Positions 36,760 through 50,789 of a stretch of DNA of 64,000 nt are shown here, one piece after another. This stretch comes from Octopus sinensis. Its lineage: Eukaryota. Under the pieces are notes generated by a model, which was not told the DNA's origin, ran no database searches, and was given only the letters and a program-made list of their open reading frames with translations. Location: contig NC_043006.1 in NCBI RefSeq assembly GCF_006345805.1, positions 930,001-994,000 of the forward strand, given 5' to 3'. Each line of letters opens with the position of its first letter. Positions within the stretch are counted from its first letter, which is position 1. The position numbers and the translations under genes are program-made.

Positions 36760-38770
36760 CCTCATATGAGTGACAATGAAAAAAGAAAATATTGTGAATA
36801 ACGGTGGTAATGAAACTGAAGCCAATGATGGTGACAGTGTTACACCCGGTAGGCTCAGAGATTCTGGGCCGACTCAGCCTGTCCATATCCAGAAAAGGAC
36901 CACCACACACGGGGTAGATGGAGCAAGCAAATTAATGCCGTGGTCATGGAGTGTTACTACCTGAGCAGCCCGATAGATGAAAATGGTGCTCAAATTAGGA
37001 GTTAGGGTTAGGAGTTACCGACAACGTATGTATGATCATTGGAGAGAAATGGGATTGTTTCAACTCACGGAACAGAGACTATGTGATCAGGCTAGAGCAA
37101 TAAGAAAAAATTGTTGGTTCAGAGAAATAGAGCTTCAAAAAAACGGGTCATGGAAATAGCAGCAGAGATAACAATGAAAATACAGTTCTTACTAATAAAA
37201 GTAATCTCATATCACAGGAAAGGACCAGTAATAGTTTATTTGATGAGAGACATATAGGTGATCTAAAAGAAGACAATAAAACTAATGGTGACATGACAGA
37301 TGAACAAAAGGCAATCTACAACAGAATAAAGGCAAGACTACAGGAGAACGATAGCGACATTATTTGCAAATTAAAAAAGGTTGATCGGTGGAAATTGAAC
37401 CAAGAAAGAAAAATGTCAATGAAATTCTGAAATACATCAGAACAAACATCACAGGAACAAATAATTTGATCAAGGCAGCAAGTATTGTTGTAGCAGAGAA
37501 CGTGGGTGTTGATGTCAAGAAAAAGAAACACAATGGGAGTGACAAAAGAAAAGATCCATAGTGGAAAAGAAGAATCCAGGCAGGGTTAGACATGCTGTCG
37601 AGGGAAAGAGAAAGGGGAGCTTAAAAGTGAACAAAAACATAGGTCACTGAAAAGGAAGTATAATATTGAAAGAAAGGGCCTGAAAGTAGTAAAGAAAGTA
37701 AAGATGGTAAAATATGACCAAAGAATGAAGGGTTACCACCAGAATAGATTATTCAGAGTAGATCAGAAGAGATTCTATAAAGACATAAATGGAGAGTGTA
37801 CAGATGAAAAGCTGATACCGGATAACATCGAAAGTCAAAAGTTTTGGAATGACATCTGGAGCAAAGACATGGAGCACAAGAAGGATGCTGAATGTTTGCA
37901 AGAAAGGAAACAAACAGTGGTCTGTCCAAAACAGGCAGCACTAGTCAATTCAGTTAGGGAAGTGAAGGAAATGAGCAACTGGAAGGCCCGTGGACCAAAT
38001 AGAGTTTAAGGTGACTAGATCAAAAGTTTTGGTGAATGTCATGCACGAATAGCTGGACAACTCAACACCTTGTTAAATGCCGACCAAGCAACACCAGAGT
38101 GGTTAACAATGGGTAGGACAGTGCTGTGTTTGAAAAACATAAAAAAAAGCAATACGGTAAACAATTACAGGCCGATGCCCTGTTTGCCACTTATGTGGAA
38201 ATTACTGACTGGAATACTCGCAGAGTCAATGTACGAACATCTGAAAAAAAAAATGGAGTTCTGCCACATGAGCAGAAGGGTTGCAAGCGTAAGTGCAGAA
38301 GAACCAAGGATCAACTCCTGATAGACAAAACTGTACTTAGAGACTGCAAGAGGAAGAAAACTAACTTAGCCATGTCATGGATCGACTACCGTAAAGCGTA
38401 CAATATGATCCCGCATTCTTGGATTATGGAGAGTATGAACATATTTGGCATTCCATCGAATGTTGAGCGATTGCTTGGAAAAAGTATGGCGAATTGGAGG
38501 ACAGATCTGACAGCATGCAAAAGAAGTTTAAGGACAATATAAATTAGGAGGGGCATCTTCCAAGGGGACTGCCTGTCCCCACTGATCTTTGTACTTTAAT
38601 TGATACCACTGATTCTGAGGAAAGCAAAATCTGGGTATGTATTCGAAAGCCGCCAACAAATAGTCAACCATTTGTTATTCATGAATGAGCTCAAACTTTA
38701 CGGTAAAGATGAAGCCCGAGTCAGTTCCCTCGTTCAAACGGTGTATACCTTCAGTACTGATATCAGACTG
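36760..38770 (+). mobile_element. Decayed R4/Dong-like LINE, N-terminal region through RT
   Basis: Fragments [111 protein letters not shown] and FMNELKLY. It has multiple frameshifts and stops and is cut by a SINE at 38773. Confidence 0.85.
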
Positions 38771-38772
38771 GA

Positions 38773-38914
38773 GTCTGAAAGGATGAAAGGCAAAGTCGAC
38801 CTCGGCGGAATTTGAAATAAAAATGTAGCGACGGGTGAAATAACGCTAAGCATTTTGGCCGTTTTGATAACGACTCTGTTAGCTTGAATAATAATAATAA
38901 CAACAACAACAACA

Positions 38915-38945
<31 letters not shown>

Positions 38946-39154
38946 TGATGATGATGATGATGATAATAATAATAATAATCCTTTCTACTAAAGGCACAAA
39001 GGTTGAAATCTACCGACCTCAGTGTTTCACTGGTACTTACTTTATTGACACCGAAACGATGAAAGTCAAAGTTGATCTCGACGGAATTTGAACTCAGAAC
39101 GTACCGTTAAACATTTCGCCTAGCATGCTAACGATTCTGCCAGCTCGTCACCAT
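38773..39154 (-). mobile_element. Two SINE family B copies (38773-38886 and 38980-39154) separated by an (AAC)(GAC)(GAT)(AAT) microsatellite
   Basis: Both show aaagtcgacctcggcggaatttgaa-like and ctaacgattctgccagct-like blocks. Confidence 0.75.
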
Positions 39155-39184
39155 AGTAATAATAACAATAAGGCGAGAGATGAG

Positions 39185-40850
39185 ATCTTCTGCCAGAAGA
39201 ACAGAAATAGTTTCAAATGGACCAGCGGCCTATCATAGATCAGTAAGCCCTCCAGGACGTCAAAAGGAAAACCTAGCAACGACATGTATCGGTTGCTAAA
39301 AGACACACTCATGTATCCTAGAGCGTTTGAAGCTATTTGTAATAGCTGAGAATGTTGTCCAGCTCTTACGAAACAGTGCCAAAATGGATGCCATACTAAT
39401 ATCAGATCAAGGTAAGTTAGGTCAAGTCAAGATATTCGAAAGTGATACACTCTCACCACTGCTAGTCCTGGTTGCTCTTATCCCTCTTACATCGACTTTG
39501 AAAGGGGTTAAATTATGCTACGAATTTAGCAATGGTGAGAAACTCCCGTTTATGGACGATCTGAAATTATTTGCTAAAAGTGAGAAAGCTTTAGATTCAC
39601 TGGTTCAAACTGATAGAGTTGTTAGTAATGATGCTGACATGCAGTTCGGAAGAGACAAATATGCGATGTTAGAGATAAAATGGCGGAAATTATCCAAGTT
39701 AGAAGGGATTAAACTCTCAAATAAGACATTGGTTTGAACAATGAATGAGGGGCAACTGTTCCAAGTGCCAAAGTGTTTCGGTTGGAGGCAGAGAGAAAAG
39801 CATTTCTACTATAAACACATGAGCAGACTCTCTAATACGATATCCTGCTGCTTTCCTGAACTGGACTAAAGAACTAAGAAACAGATTGTAAAATCAGGAT
39901 GACAATGACCACGGACAGTTCGCTACATTCCACTGATGACGATAGGTTATACCTACAATGGAAGGAGTGGGGGAGAAGACTAATAGCAAAAGACGACTGT
40001 ATAGAAATGGTAAAACAACTCGGAAAGATTGATTTCAGGCTGCCAAAGGAAAGGAGAAAGGAGCTGTAGGGATGGCAACGGAATACAAGAAAAGAAGAAA
40101 GCAGGAGCGAGAAAGAAATATCTGGGGAAAAGATCTACACGGTCAGTACCTCAGACAAACGCAGGACGTCTTGGTCATGGCTCAAGAATAGAGACCTTAA
40201 AAAAACATCGGAAGGACTCATAATGATTGTTCAAGGACAGTCACTGGGGGAAAATATCATTAAGACCAAAATAGACAAATCCAAGAAACGTGCAAAGCGA
40301 AGAGTATGTAATAAGAAAGAGGAATCTGTTATGCACATAATAATTACTTGTGTTTTTTGACACAGATGGAATATAGACGCAGACACGACTGTGTGGCAAA
40401 ATCACTACGCTAGTACATATTACGGCAAAGAGGATTCGAAGTCGGAAGAAAATGGTATGAACATTAATGAGAAAGTGTAATATGGGACGACCAGGATAAG
40501 GTTTTATCCGATTTTAATGAACAGGGGGGATCGCGAACTTCATGCAAGGCAACCAGGTATTATGGATCTCGATCCATAATAAGGATCCAAAACAAGGGGA
40601 GAAAAGAGTGGTTATATCTGCGGACATGAATATAGCGGTCAAACAGCAGGAGAAAATAGGAAATACCAGGATTTGGCTAAGGAAATACGACGACTGTGGA
40701 GATTTTCTACAAAAGTAATCCTAATTGTTATATGGGGCCTTAGGCAACGTCATCACGAGATGAATTAATTTAGAAGTCTGCTCTTTGGGAACAGCAAACA
40801 TTGTAAGAAAGCTCTTTGATATCTAAGGAAAATGGTTGTGATCTGGTATC
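39185..40850 (+). mobile_element. Second, more decayed R4/Dong-like LINE (RT, knuckle, REL endonuclease, stop 40824-40826)
   Basis: ORF 39327..39737 contains DTLSPLL..FMDDLKLFAKSE. Later segments read IKTKIDK..RVCNKKEESVMHI..EYRRRHDCVAK, EKIGxYQDLAKEIRRLW..KVILIV and GTANIVRKLFDI*. Confidence 0.8.
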
Positions 40851-41240
40851 AAGGACATTGATTTCGAATGTAAAACGTTCATGCACTCCATGAATAATGA
40901 GGATAATTTATTTGTATTTCTTACATGTTAATTAGAGAACAGGGAACAGATTTTTCAAGCGCACAAAACCTTCATAGATTGGTTGATATTAACGTGTTTG
41001 TTGACCGATCTGAGTATTTGCATGATAATTTTGTCTCCAAAAGAATCGTAGTGTGGTTGAGGTTCAATACAGGGAATCTAACAAGAATTATTGCAACACC
41101 GTGTGTTCTATGAAACATGAAAGTATAGGGTAATACTGTTGTGATCTAAATGGTATGGTTGATGATAAACCGGGAGATGTTATCTGATATGTAACACTGA
41201 GTAATTATCTTTTAATAAAAGTTTTAATTATTTCAATCGT

Positions 41241-41420
41241 TAGATTGCCGCCATTCTGGAGCACCACCTTGAAGAAAGGTCCAGTACTTTTTTTTTCAAA
41301 CTTGGTACTTATTGTATCGGTCTCTTCTGCTGAATTGCTACTTTACATGGGGCATAAAGAAACGAAGACCGGCTGTATTGGAAGACAAGCACAGACTCAA
41401 ACAGAAACACACATATACAA
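41241..41420 (-). mobile_element. SINE family A, decayed 3' module
   Basis: gccattctggagcaccaccttgaag...ggtacttattgtatcggtctcttctgctgaattgcta. Confidence 0.65.
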
Positions 41421-41739
41421 ACATATACGTGACCAGAGTCTAAGGAGAAAAATCAGTAAATAATATAAGGCATCGAATCCAACAACTTTTATTCCAAATC
41501 ATAAGATTTGTCATCGTATGGGGAGCATAAAATCTAGTCAACAGTAATGCTGAGTAAAGTAGAACAACACCAATGCACTTTACATGAAATTCACTGATGC
41601 AGCACCCATAATATGGAATCTAAAACTATCGATATATTATTTCAAATGAATATTTAAAACAATGTTTGCTTTTTAAACATTTTAGATACCCTAGCAAACT
41701 ACTAGAGTTATTAAAAAAATACATATGATAAATCCTCAA

Positions 41740-42020
41740 GTTACATTATGTAACCTTGCGATCAAGCTACATCTGATCGACGTGATTTCGATGCAAAAGG
41801 CAAAGCAATAAACTGCACGACTACAACTGTTATATTGACCATGCAAGAACATAGTAAAAAAATCCCTCATCAAATAACCGTGCTTACACAAAACAAAAGA
41901 TAATTAGGTGGGAAAATGTTGGTGAACAGCACATGCATACTTCACAGAATTTAGTACAAAATAGCCGGATAACTTTGGAAGTATTTTTCTTAAGGTTTCA
42001 ACCAGACAACATAGACTAAT
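41740..42020 (+). pseudogene. Highly decayed GIY-YIG endonuclease remnant (Penelope-like element)
   Basis: Allowing two 1-nt gaps and one stop, 41749-41782 reads C-N-x-C-D-Q-A-Y-I-(G)-S-T. The region ends EVFFLRFQPDNID* (stop 42017-42019), like PLE endonuclease termini. A hammerhead-like motif follows 120 nt later. Confidence 0.4.
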
Positions 42021-42141
42021 TACAAACACCTGATCATTTATAAACCCCACGGCCAAAATTCAATTTTCGGGATTAATGTCTACACGAACTGTATTGGTCC
42101 AGACTGCTATGGAGAAGCAGCAACACAAGCTTATATTACTG

Positions 42142-42182
42142 CATTCTGAAGATGACCCTAGGAAGGTCTGAGAATTTTGATG
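42142..42182 (+). ncRNA. Decayed minimal hammerhead motif (family epsilon)
   Basis: CATT-CTGAAGA-T-GACC-CTAGGAA-GGTC-T-GAGA-ATT-TT/GATG: stem I CATT:GATG, 4-bp stem II flanked by U.U as in family gamma, GAAA changed to GAGA. Confidence 0.5.
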
Positions 42183-44004
42183 AAAGATGTAGGAGCTTTA
42201 TCATTTCCAAAAAGAAAGTAAAATATAATGAATAAATCCATGGAAACTCTCCAACAATGAAAAATATAGATAAAAACCTAAAGTATTGTTTGGTTGTGTT
42301 TTTGCCTTTTGAATCTCTGTTTAAGGAGAAAAATAGAAGAAAAACTTGAAGCTAAACGCACTGGAAAAAAAAAGTTAAATAGAAGAATACGATAGAAATG
42401 GTTTTAAAAAGATTGCAAACGATAAAAACTCAAAGAGCGCTTTTAGAGAAATTTCTATCTGTGATCGCTATTCTGCAAAATTGAATTGAAAGGAAGTGAA
42501 TCAATAAGAAAGCCAACAATGCCTTTAAAACTCTAGACTGGAAGCTAAAGAAACGGAAGGTCTGATATTAGGAGCACGAAATCGGTATCTTGCTACAAAA
42601 TTCTACCAACGAAAATAACAAAACAAGTGAATAATGGCAATCAACGCAAAGCAATGCCGTTTCCAACTGACCAGTCTTTGTATAGACAAAAATAAAATAA
42701 AATAAAATAAAATAAAAGGAAAGGAAATATAATATCTTCAGATTTTACTGAATAACTGGCAAAGAATTTCTTCTGGAAAATAGAAAAGAAATAGCAAAAA
42801 CAGTCACCAACCGTCGTATGACATATATACATGGATGAGATTCTGCTGAGAAGTCTGACCAGACGGATGAAGTGACCAAAGCAAAGTACACAGATATTCA
42901 CAGCGACAAAGAGAATTTTATGTGCTCTCATATATTCTTCCGAAGTGCAAGGGTCTCAAGTACAAACTGTCCGACTTTATAATTCAGATGTATGAGGCGT
43001 AGTGACGAGTAAGGCGAAGCTCCACATCTCACAACAAACAACAACCGCTTCTGTTTTGCAGCTCGATAATAATAATAATAATAGTAATAAAGAAAACTAG
43101 AGCAACGAATAAACATTGCTATGACACTTAGCTGTCCAATAATCAATCACGACTGTTCCACATATTCACCTCATAGACAAACGTCTTGCTCGTCCGCAGC
43201 GGCAGAGAAACAAAAACGAACATCACGAACGTGTAAGGGAAAGAAGTAGCTTTAAGTTTAGGGTAGACGCCTTGTAAGTTTCCTTCTTTGCATTAGAAAT
43301 TACTGAACGAATGCAATTTCTTCTCATGATATTGCTTTTTGTCATTCAACACACGATCTACAAGCAAACTAGGCATTACAAACACTGCTTCCACAAACAG
43401 AACCCTCAACCTCACTTCGGACACACACACACACACACCACACACACACACACACACACACTCATACACACTCACACACACTCTCTCTCTCTCTCTCTCT
43501 CTCTCCCTCTCTCTCTCTCTCTATCCATCTACCTATCTATCTATCTTTTACAGTCTTTTTATTTCTCTCGATATACACACTTATTTACGTATAAATATAT
43601 ATTGATGTATACATATCAACATAAAATATATAATGCATACATACATACATACGTACATACATGCATGCATACATACATATATGCATACATACATACATGC
43701 ATACATACATACATACTTACATACATACATACATACATGCATACATACTTACATACATACATACATACATACGTACATACATACGTACATATTATTAATA
43801 TTTGACTGAAATAACAGTGACTCAGGGACCGAGAGTTTTGTGCGTTAATATTTATGAAACTTTGGTGAGTGCCAACGCACCAAGCACTCAGTCCTTGAGT
43901 CATTCTGTTACTTCAGATAAATAGAGATAAAAAATACAGAAATATATACTCATGTTTCGTGTTCCATGCTTCTTGTTTGCTTCGCAAAACCTTTATATAT
44001 ATAT

Positions 44005-44067
<63 letters not shown>

Positions 44068-44728
44068 ATATGTATATATATTTACATACATACACATATG
44101 CATATATATTTATATATATAAGAACATACATGGCTGCTATGTATGTATTTACGTGTATTGCGCGTGTAGGTATATACATACATATACGTAAGTGTATTTT
44201 TGTATACATATATATATATATAGCCGCACACATACAGAGACCCATACATATATACGTATACCCATTTTCCTTCAGCCTCAGCTGTTTAATCCAACACTTA
44301 ACTCGCCCTCCAACCGACCAGCCAACCAGCCAACCAGCCATACATTCTCACTTCTCTTCTTTTCGCTATTGTTTGTTCTATTTCCAGTGCTTACTAACAT
44401 CTATAGTGTTACGTATAGACATAGACTGACCAGCTGTTGCAATGACCCAGTCGCTGTAAGTGTGACTAAGAGAATGCTGGTATATTTGGTTTACGTATCA
44501 CATGATTATTGATTAACCGTTTGCTTGATTTGGAACGATCGACTTGTTAAATTGGTCTGCAGAACACATTCATTAGGCCATAGTCTGAAAAGAAGAATAA
44601 CGTAAGTGCTGACATGATTATAAAGGCAGCAGCAGAGGCTATATATAACTTTTTGTTGGTTTCAATGAAAGAGTAAATATAAATCGTACTGCCCCTCTTC
44701 TTCACTTCCCCATATCACCACCGATAAC

Positions 44729-44796
<68 letters not shown>

Positions 44797-44942
44797 CGTT
44801 CTAACCCTCTCTCTCTATCTCTTTGTATATATTTATAACCTACCTATCTACCTATCTAGATACACGCACACACATATACGTATATATGTATTATGTACGT
44901 GTTTATGGTGTATGAGTGTGTGTGTATGCGCGTGTGTTTATG

Positions 44943-44980
<38 letters not shown>

Positions 44981-44982
<2 letters not shown>

Positions 44983-45150
44983 CGCAGGAGTAGCTGTGTA
45001 ATAAGTAGCTTGCTTACCAACCACACGGTTCCGGGTTCAGTTATACTGCGTGGCACCTTGGGCAAGTGTCTTCTACTATAGCCTCGGGCCGACCAAAGCC
45101 TTGTGAGTGGATTTGGTAGACGGAAACTGAAAGAAACCCGTCGTATATAT

Positions 45151-45195
<45 letters not shown>

Positions 45196-45428
45196 GTGTG
45201 AGTGTGTGTGTTTGTGTGTCTGTCTTTGTTCCCCCAACATCGCTTGACAACCGATGCTGGTATGTTTACGTCCCCGTTACTTAGCGGTTCGGCAAAAGAG
45301 ACCGATAGAATAAGTACTCGGCTTACAAAGAATAAGTCCTGGGGTCGATTTGCTCGACTAAAAGGCGGTGCTCCAGCATGGCCGCAGTCAAATGACTGAA
45401 ACAAGTAAAAGAGTAAAAGAGTAAAAGA
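44981..45428 (+). mobile_element. SINE family A, full length (tRNA head, CORE-like segment, internal microsatellite, 3' module, (GTAAAAGA)n tail)
   Basis: A-box-like GTAGCTGTGTAA, B-box-like GGTTCAGTT, GGCACCTTGGGCAAGTGTCTT, internal (TA)/(TG), tail ggcggtgctccagcatggccgcagtcaaatgactgaaacaagtaaaagag. Confidence 0.9.
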
Positions 45429-47555
45429 GATATAGTGCAAAATGTAAGAAGGAAAATGCACAGACTACATATATTTTTTACTTTTTCCTTTTTATATTTT
45501 TCAGTACAACTTACTACGTGAGGGAAAAAGGCTTTCCAACGGAGCTTTTCACTATAATTATATATATATATATATATGCGCACGCGTGAGTTTGCGTATA
45601 ACTGTACATACTTGCATACATGTATATATGTATATATAAGTATGACTATATACTGAGGTTATCGATTTTGCGTCCGCTCCACGGATAAATTTGGAAAGGA
45701 CTTAATAGAATATTTAAGAAGTTTGATTTAACAACAATTACCAGTCCTATCTTAATGCCAGCTGTGGCAGACCTACATTCGCACAAGAACTAATCATAGA
45801 CATAATCAAACTACAAGATCGTGTAGATACAGAAATTTTCCAACTGCACACCAGCTACAATTAGGAAGCTTCCAGTGGGAATAAGAAGTGCACTTATCTT
45901 TCTGAGTCGTCCACCGAATAACATGGTCGTAGCCATTAGTAGCATCATCATTACGCTTTTACGATAGGAAATAGGGAAAAGAAAAATAACCAAATTTAAT
46001 TCACGTTCAGAATAAATGCAGTCACTAATAAGTACCAGGTGCTGTATTTCAAGAGAAGCTAGGATACAATACGGTACCTACCACGCGTTTACGGTAGAAA
46101 AAGCTAAGTAAAATCTACATTCAGCATAAGTGTAGTGAAAATTATAACCAGTAAAATGTCTGTCTCTGTTAAGGCATTTCCTACAAACACACAAATACAA
46201 CAAACTCTTCAACGGCTATACCATTGGGATTCGCTATTTCTGCTTCATAAAATCGATTAGCAGATCACACTGTAGAACCGAATACTAATACCTAGGTCCT
46301 TATTGTAACAGTCACATTCTCTCAGCAGAAAACCGCCTACATGCTCAAAGGGAATTTTACTTTCCCAAAGCAGTAATATAGAACATAGAATAATGTGAGT
46401 AAAGATTGAGAGAGGGAGGGAGGGGGAGAGAAAGAGAGGGAGGGAGAGAAAGTCAGACACAGATCGGCAGATGAGCAAACGGACAGTCAGACAGACAGCC
46501 AGATAGACAGAAAGAGTGAAAGAAAGAAAGAAAGAAAGAAAAAGAAAGAAAGAAAAGAAGAAAGAAAAAGCGAAAGAGGAAATGTTTGGCTTTCAAACAT
46601 TTGGACGTACGAACATACACCTGTAATTCATCCTATAGGTATGTGCAGATGGCATTTAACATAACTGAAAGAGGTCTGTATAAACCCAGTCGTTTTCACC
46701 ATTACTACTCATGTATTACAACAAATGTTCTAAAAATCTTCTTCTTTTCTTTTGCACCAAAATCCGGTTGTGGTATAATTCTAACAGGATTACAAAGACA
46801 AACGTCTTAATTAGGATAAAATATTTAGAGAAAATCAATTATAGAATACATATAACTGTATTACACAGTATTTACTGCAAACAAATCCGAAGATAATTTT
46901 TGCAAGTAAACTATCAGATATTAAATCATTAAAATTTTATAGAATTGTTTGTGTTTTATTTAAATTTCAAATATGAATTTTGCGGAAGATTATTGATTTA
47001 CCAAAATAGGTTACGAATATGAGAACTGCCGGGGAGCGAGTCCTTGACTTTATTCTAAATTCTATACAATATCATACAATTCAACTGCGATAAATTCGTT
47101 TCTTTCATTAATTATCGTAAATTGTTAAAAAAACTATTGTGTTATCTGTAGTTTTTACAGAACCAACATCATACAAATGTCTTGCAACACCCGTTTGTAG
47201 AATATCTGTATCGAGCAAAATTGATGAGGTGGATGAATAATCGAAATTGATTTTCGATTTGTAGCCTCATTAATAATTGCTCGACGGAAAAATTTGTTTC
47301 ATGTTGAAGTGTAGGTTTTTTCAGCTGAGTTACGTTTATGCAAATTTGATATTTAAAATAAAGTGGTTATTATGTTGAAGAACATATTGCATCCACAAGG
47401 AGTGAATTTTGTAGTTACATTACAAGAGATCAACCTGTTACTGTGTAGTGAAATCTGGTATGAATATGGATAATAAACTTCAAAAATTCAATGTCAGTCA
47501 ATCAACATTTCGTGAAAATATAACAAAGTGAAATATTGTAATAAATAATGATTTT

Positions 47556-47762
47556 AAATTTTGACACAAGACCAGCATTTTCCGGGGAGCGGGTAAATCG
47601 ATTATATCGATCCCATTGCTTAACTGGTACTTATTTCATCGACTCTGAATGGATGCGAGGCAAAGTCGACCACAGCAGGGGTTGAACTCATAAAGTAAAA
47701 GGAGACTAAACGCCACTAAGCTTTTTGCCCGACATGCTAACGATTCTGCCAGCTCACCACCT
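47556..47762 (-). mobile_element. SINE family B variant (tail ...cttgtgtcaaaattt)
   Basis: ggcaaagtcgacc...ttgaactc...ctaacgattctgccagctca on the plus strand. Confidence 0.75.
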
Positions 47763-47784
47763 TAATATTGTAATAGATAATAAA

Positions 47785-47970
47785 TAATTCTTTGTAATAT
47801 AGGTGCAGGACCGGAAATATGGATGAGGAGGAGGAGGCTAAATAAAACTAGTATTCATTTCGTCGACCCCAGCAGTCAACAGGTACTTATTTTATTGACC
47901 CCGAAAGGTTGAAAGGCGAAGCCGACCTCGGCGTTACTCGAATTAAGAACGAAAAGACAGGCAAAGATTT
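47785..47970 (-). mobile_element. SINE family B fragment
   Basis: ggtacttattttattgaccccgaaaggttgaaaggcgaagccgacctcggcg. Confidence 0.7.
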
Positions 47971-47975
47971 TGGTA

Positions 47976-48054
<79 letters not shown>

Positions 48055-48060
48055 TAATAA

Positions 48061-48394
48061 GTACATTGTTTTGTCTTGGTATAAAAGACGGGCTACAGCA
48101 AATGTTCTGCTCAATACCACATATTTGCTTGACCTTAACCAGTTGAGTGGGTCCCTTAGTGGCTGACAATATGTGCATCTCTGATCACAAGCAGAAGTAG
48201 TGGGGGAGCATCACAGCCGTGTGTTGAATAATTCATCTCTGGAAATATGGGCATTTCCTTCAACATCCTTAAACAACTCTTATTCAGAGACCTTTTGAGT
48301 GGGAGGGGTTACTTGATCAGAAGAATATTCTAACTGGGCCCTACCTGCAAGGTTATGTGCTGTTATCTTGATATGAGATCACCATGTCGCGCAT
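48061..48394 (+). mobile_element. Interspersed repeat family D, second copy (3' end replaced by (CATA)n)
   Basis: ggggagcatca...gaataattca...ttcaacatccttaaacaac...cttgatatgagatcaccatgtcgcgca aligns with 35025-35240. It is preceded by (AAT)n. Confidence 0.7.
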
Positions 48395-49016
48395 ACATAA
48401 CATGCATGCATATTATACATACATACGCACATATATACATGCACACATAAAAGCATACATACATACATACATACATACATACATGCATACATGCATACAT
48501 ACATACATACATATATATATATATACGTACATATATATATATACGTACATACATACATGCATACATTACATACATACATACATCCATCCATCCATCCATA
48601 CATACATACATCATACATACATACATACATACATACATACATACATACATACTACATACATACATCCATCCATACATACATACATACATACATACGTACA
48701 TACATACATACATACATACATACATAATACATCCATCCATCCATACATACATACATACATACATACATACATACATACATACATAATACATACATCCATC
48801 CATCCATCCATCCATACATACATACATACATACATACATACATACATAATACATCCATCCATCCATACATACATACATACATACATACCATACATACATA
48901 CATACATCCATACATACATACATACATACATACATACATACATACATACATACATACATACATACATACATACATGCATACATACATACATACATACATG
49001 CATGCATGCATGCATA
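48395..49016. repeat. (CATA)n/(CATC)n compound microsatellite
   Basis: Direct inspection. It is the source of the spurious 214-aa, 213-aa and 160-aa ORFs. Confidence 0.95.
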
Positions 49017-49405
49017 GCGTCATAGAGGACAGCTGTCCTACTGATGTGAATATATCTTTGAAAATCAAAGAGAAAAAAGATAACTGTGGACAACTGCTTC
49101 GAAACCGCCAGCTTCTACATCTGGATTACAAATCTGCATTCATTCCAATAATAGTATGGTGCAACTGGTTTTGTAAGTAAATGCCTAACTGTCAGTCGGA
49201 ATAAGCTGGGATTCCCAGAAAAAGAAATTAACCAACTGACTCGCACATTACAAATATAATCTGTAGTAAGCGGAACAATAGAACTGTGCAAGACTTTTAT
49301 CAGGTTTAAAATGTGACATTGTTTTTGTTATTTGCATTCCAACGATGGAGTTTTTTTATATTTTTGTTAGGAAGAATTAAAATAGTTAAAAACAGAAAAG
49401 CGCAT

Positions 49406-49436
<31 letters not shown>

Positions 49437-49959
49437 TACATACATACATACATACATACATACATACATACATACATACATACACACGTACATACATACA
49501 TACATACCTATATATGCATACATATGCACACACATATACATACATACGTACATACATTCATATATACATATATACATACATACATACATACATACATACA
49601 TACATACATACATACATACATACATACATACATACATACATACAATGATGGAACATTGTATCTTTCTTAGAAACCATGTCCTTCCTCAGAGGAAGAATTC
49701 AAATAATTCAAAATAGAAGAGCCCCAACACACATTCTAAATCTTTACAAATATTGCTTTTCTATTGAAGCATCGTTCACTTTAAAGTACGTAAAAATTTA
49801 GCTAATCTGGCACAGCCCATGTCTCTCCTGCCTTATTTGCTACGAATGAAATTTAGTTGGTAAACCGAACCTACATATCAGACAATTCAGATAGGAAGAT
49901 TACCACCGTAAACTACTAAGGTAAAAATTAAAGTCTGTCTCAAGTGTATTCAAAGTCTC

Positions 49960-50178
49960 ATTAGGTGAGAGCTTACACCGGTCTACGTTGTGTTCAAGGA
50001 ACAGGGAGTACAAATATTTCCTAGATCCAGTTGCCTGTGCATTGCAACGTTACCTCCACACCCTGGGAGCTATCACTGGTACCAATTGGCAGATACGTGC
50101 ACTGGAGTAACGTGAAACGAATCGAACCCATAACTTAAAGATCACAAGCCCTACACCTAACCCAGTAGGCCAAATGCA
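49960..50178 (-). mobile_element. SINE family E-like, decayed
   Basis: Minus strand tggcctactgggttagg...gggttcgattc-gtttcacgttactccagtgcac. Confidence 0.55.
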
Positions 50179-50789
50179 TTTATATAAATTAAAACTATTG
50201 CAAATGTGTCATTATATTTGTGTGACGATTCGTGTGTATTCACTTTTGTAATGCGAAACCAAAGCTGCTAAAAATCAATCGATTCAGCTTAAGATTAAGG
50301 CCTTAATTAGCGTTAATATCACTATTGGATTTCCTGTCAGCAAGTTTCTAAAACATCCAACGTTTATGGAGCTGTAGTCATATAAGTGAATGTTAATGTT
50401 GATGAAAAAGAAAATGTTATTTAAAACTGAATTTCAAAAATTGTATTCTTCTGCCAGTTTAACAGTAAAAAGAAAATACAAACACAAAACAAACCGCTTT
50501 TAATTTTTCAGAATCTAAGTTATCGAGAAATAAATAGATACCATTAAAAGTTAGGCAATTCATTTCTAAATAGTTATTTCATATTAACTTGAAATGACCA
50601 TATCATGTTATTTTACTAAGGAACAGAAAGAACCATCTATCTCCTCTGAATCTATACCGATTCGCTTGCTATTTACTGATAAGGTTCATAAAGAAACTTA
50701 GCGCCACTAAGTGTAATAAATGACGAATATATTTTGACTGGTTGCAATGTTGAGTATAATGCGTGTCATTGCGTCAGTAGTTCGTAAGA

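Noticed and set aside
43170-43290. Possible upstream non-coding exon (minus-strand donor gag|gtgaat at 43170/43169)
   Set aside because: Only a donor-like hexamer, with no independent support.
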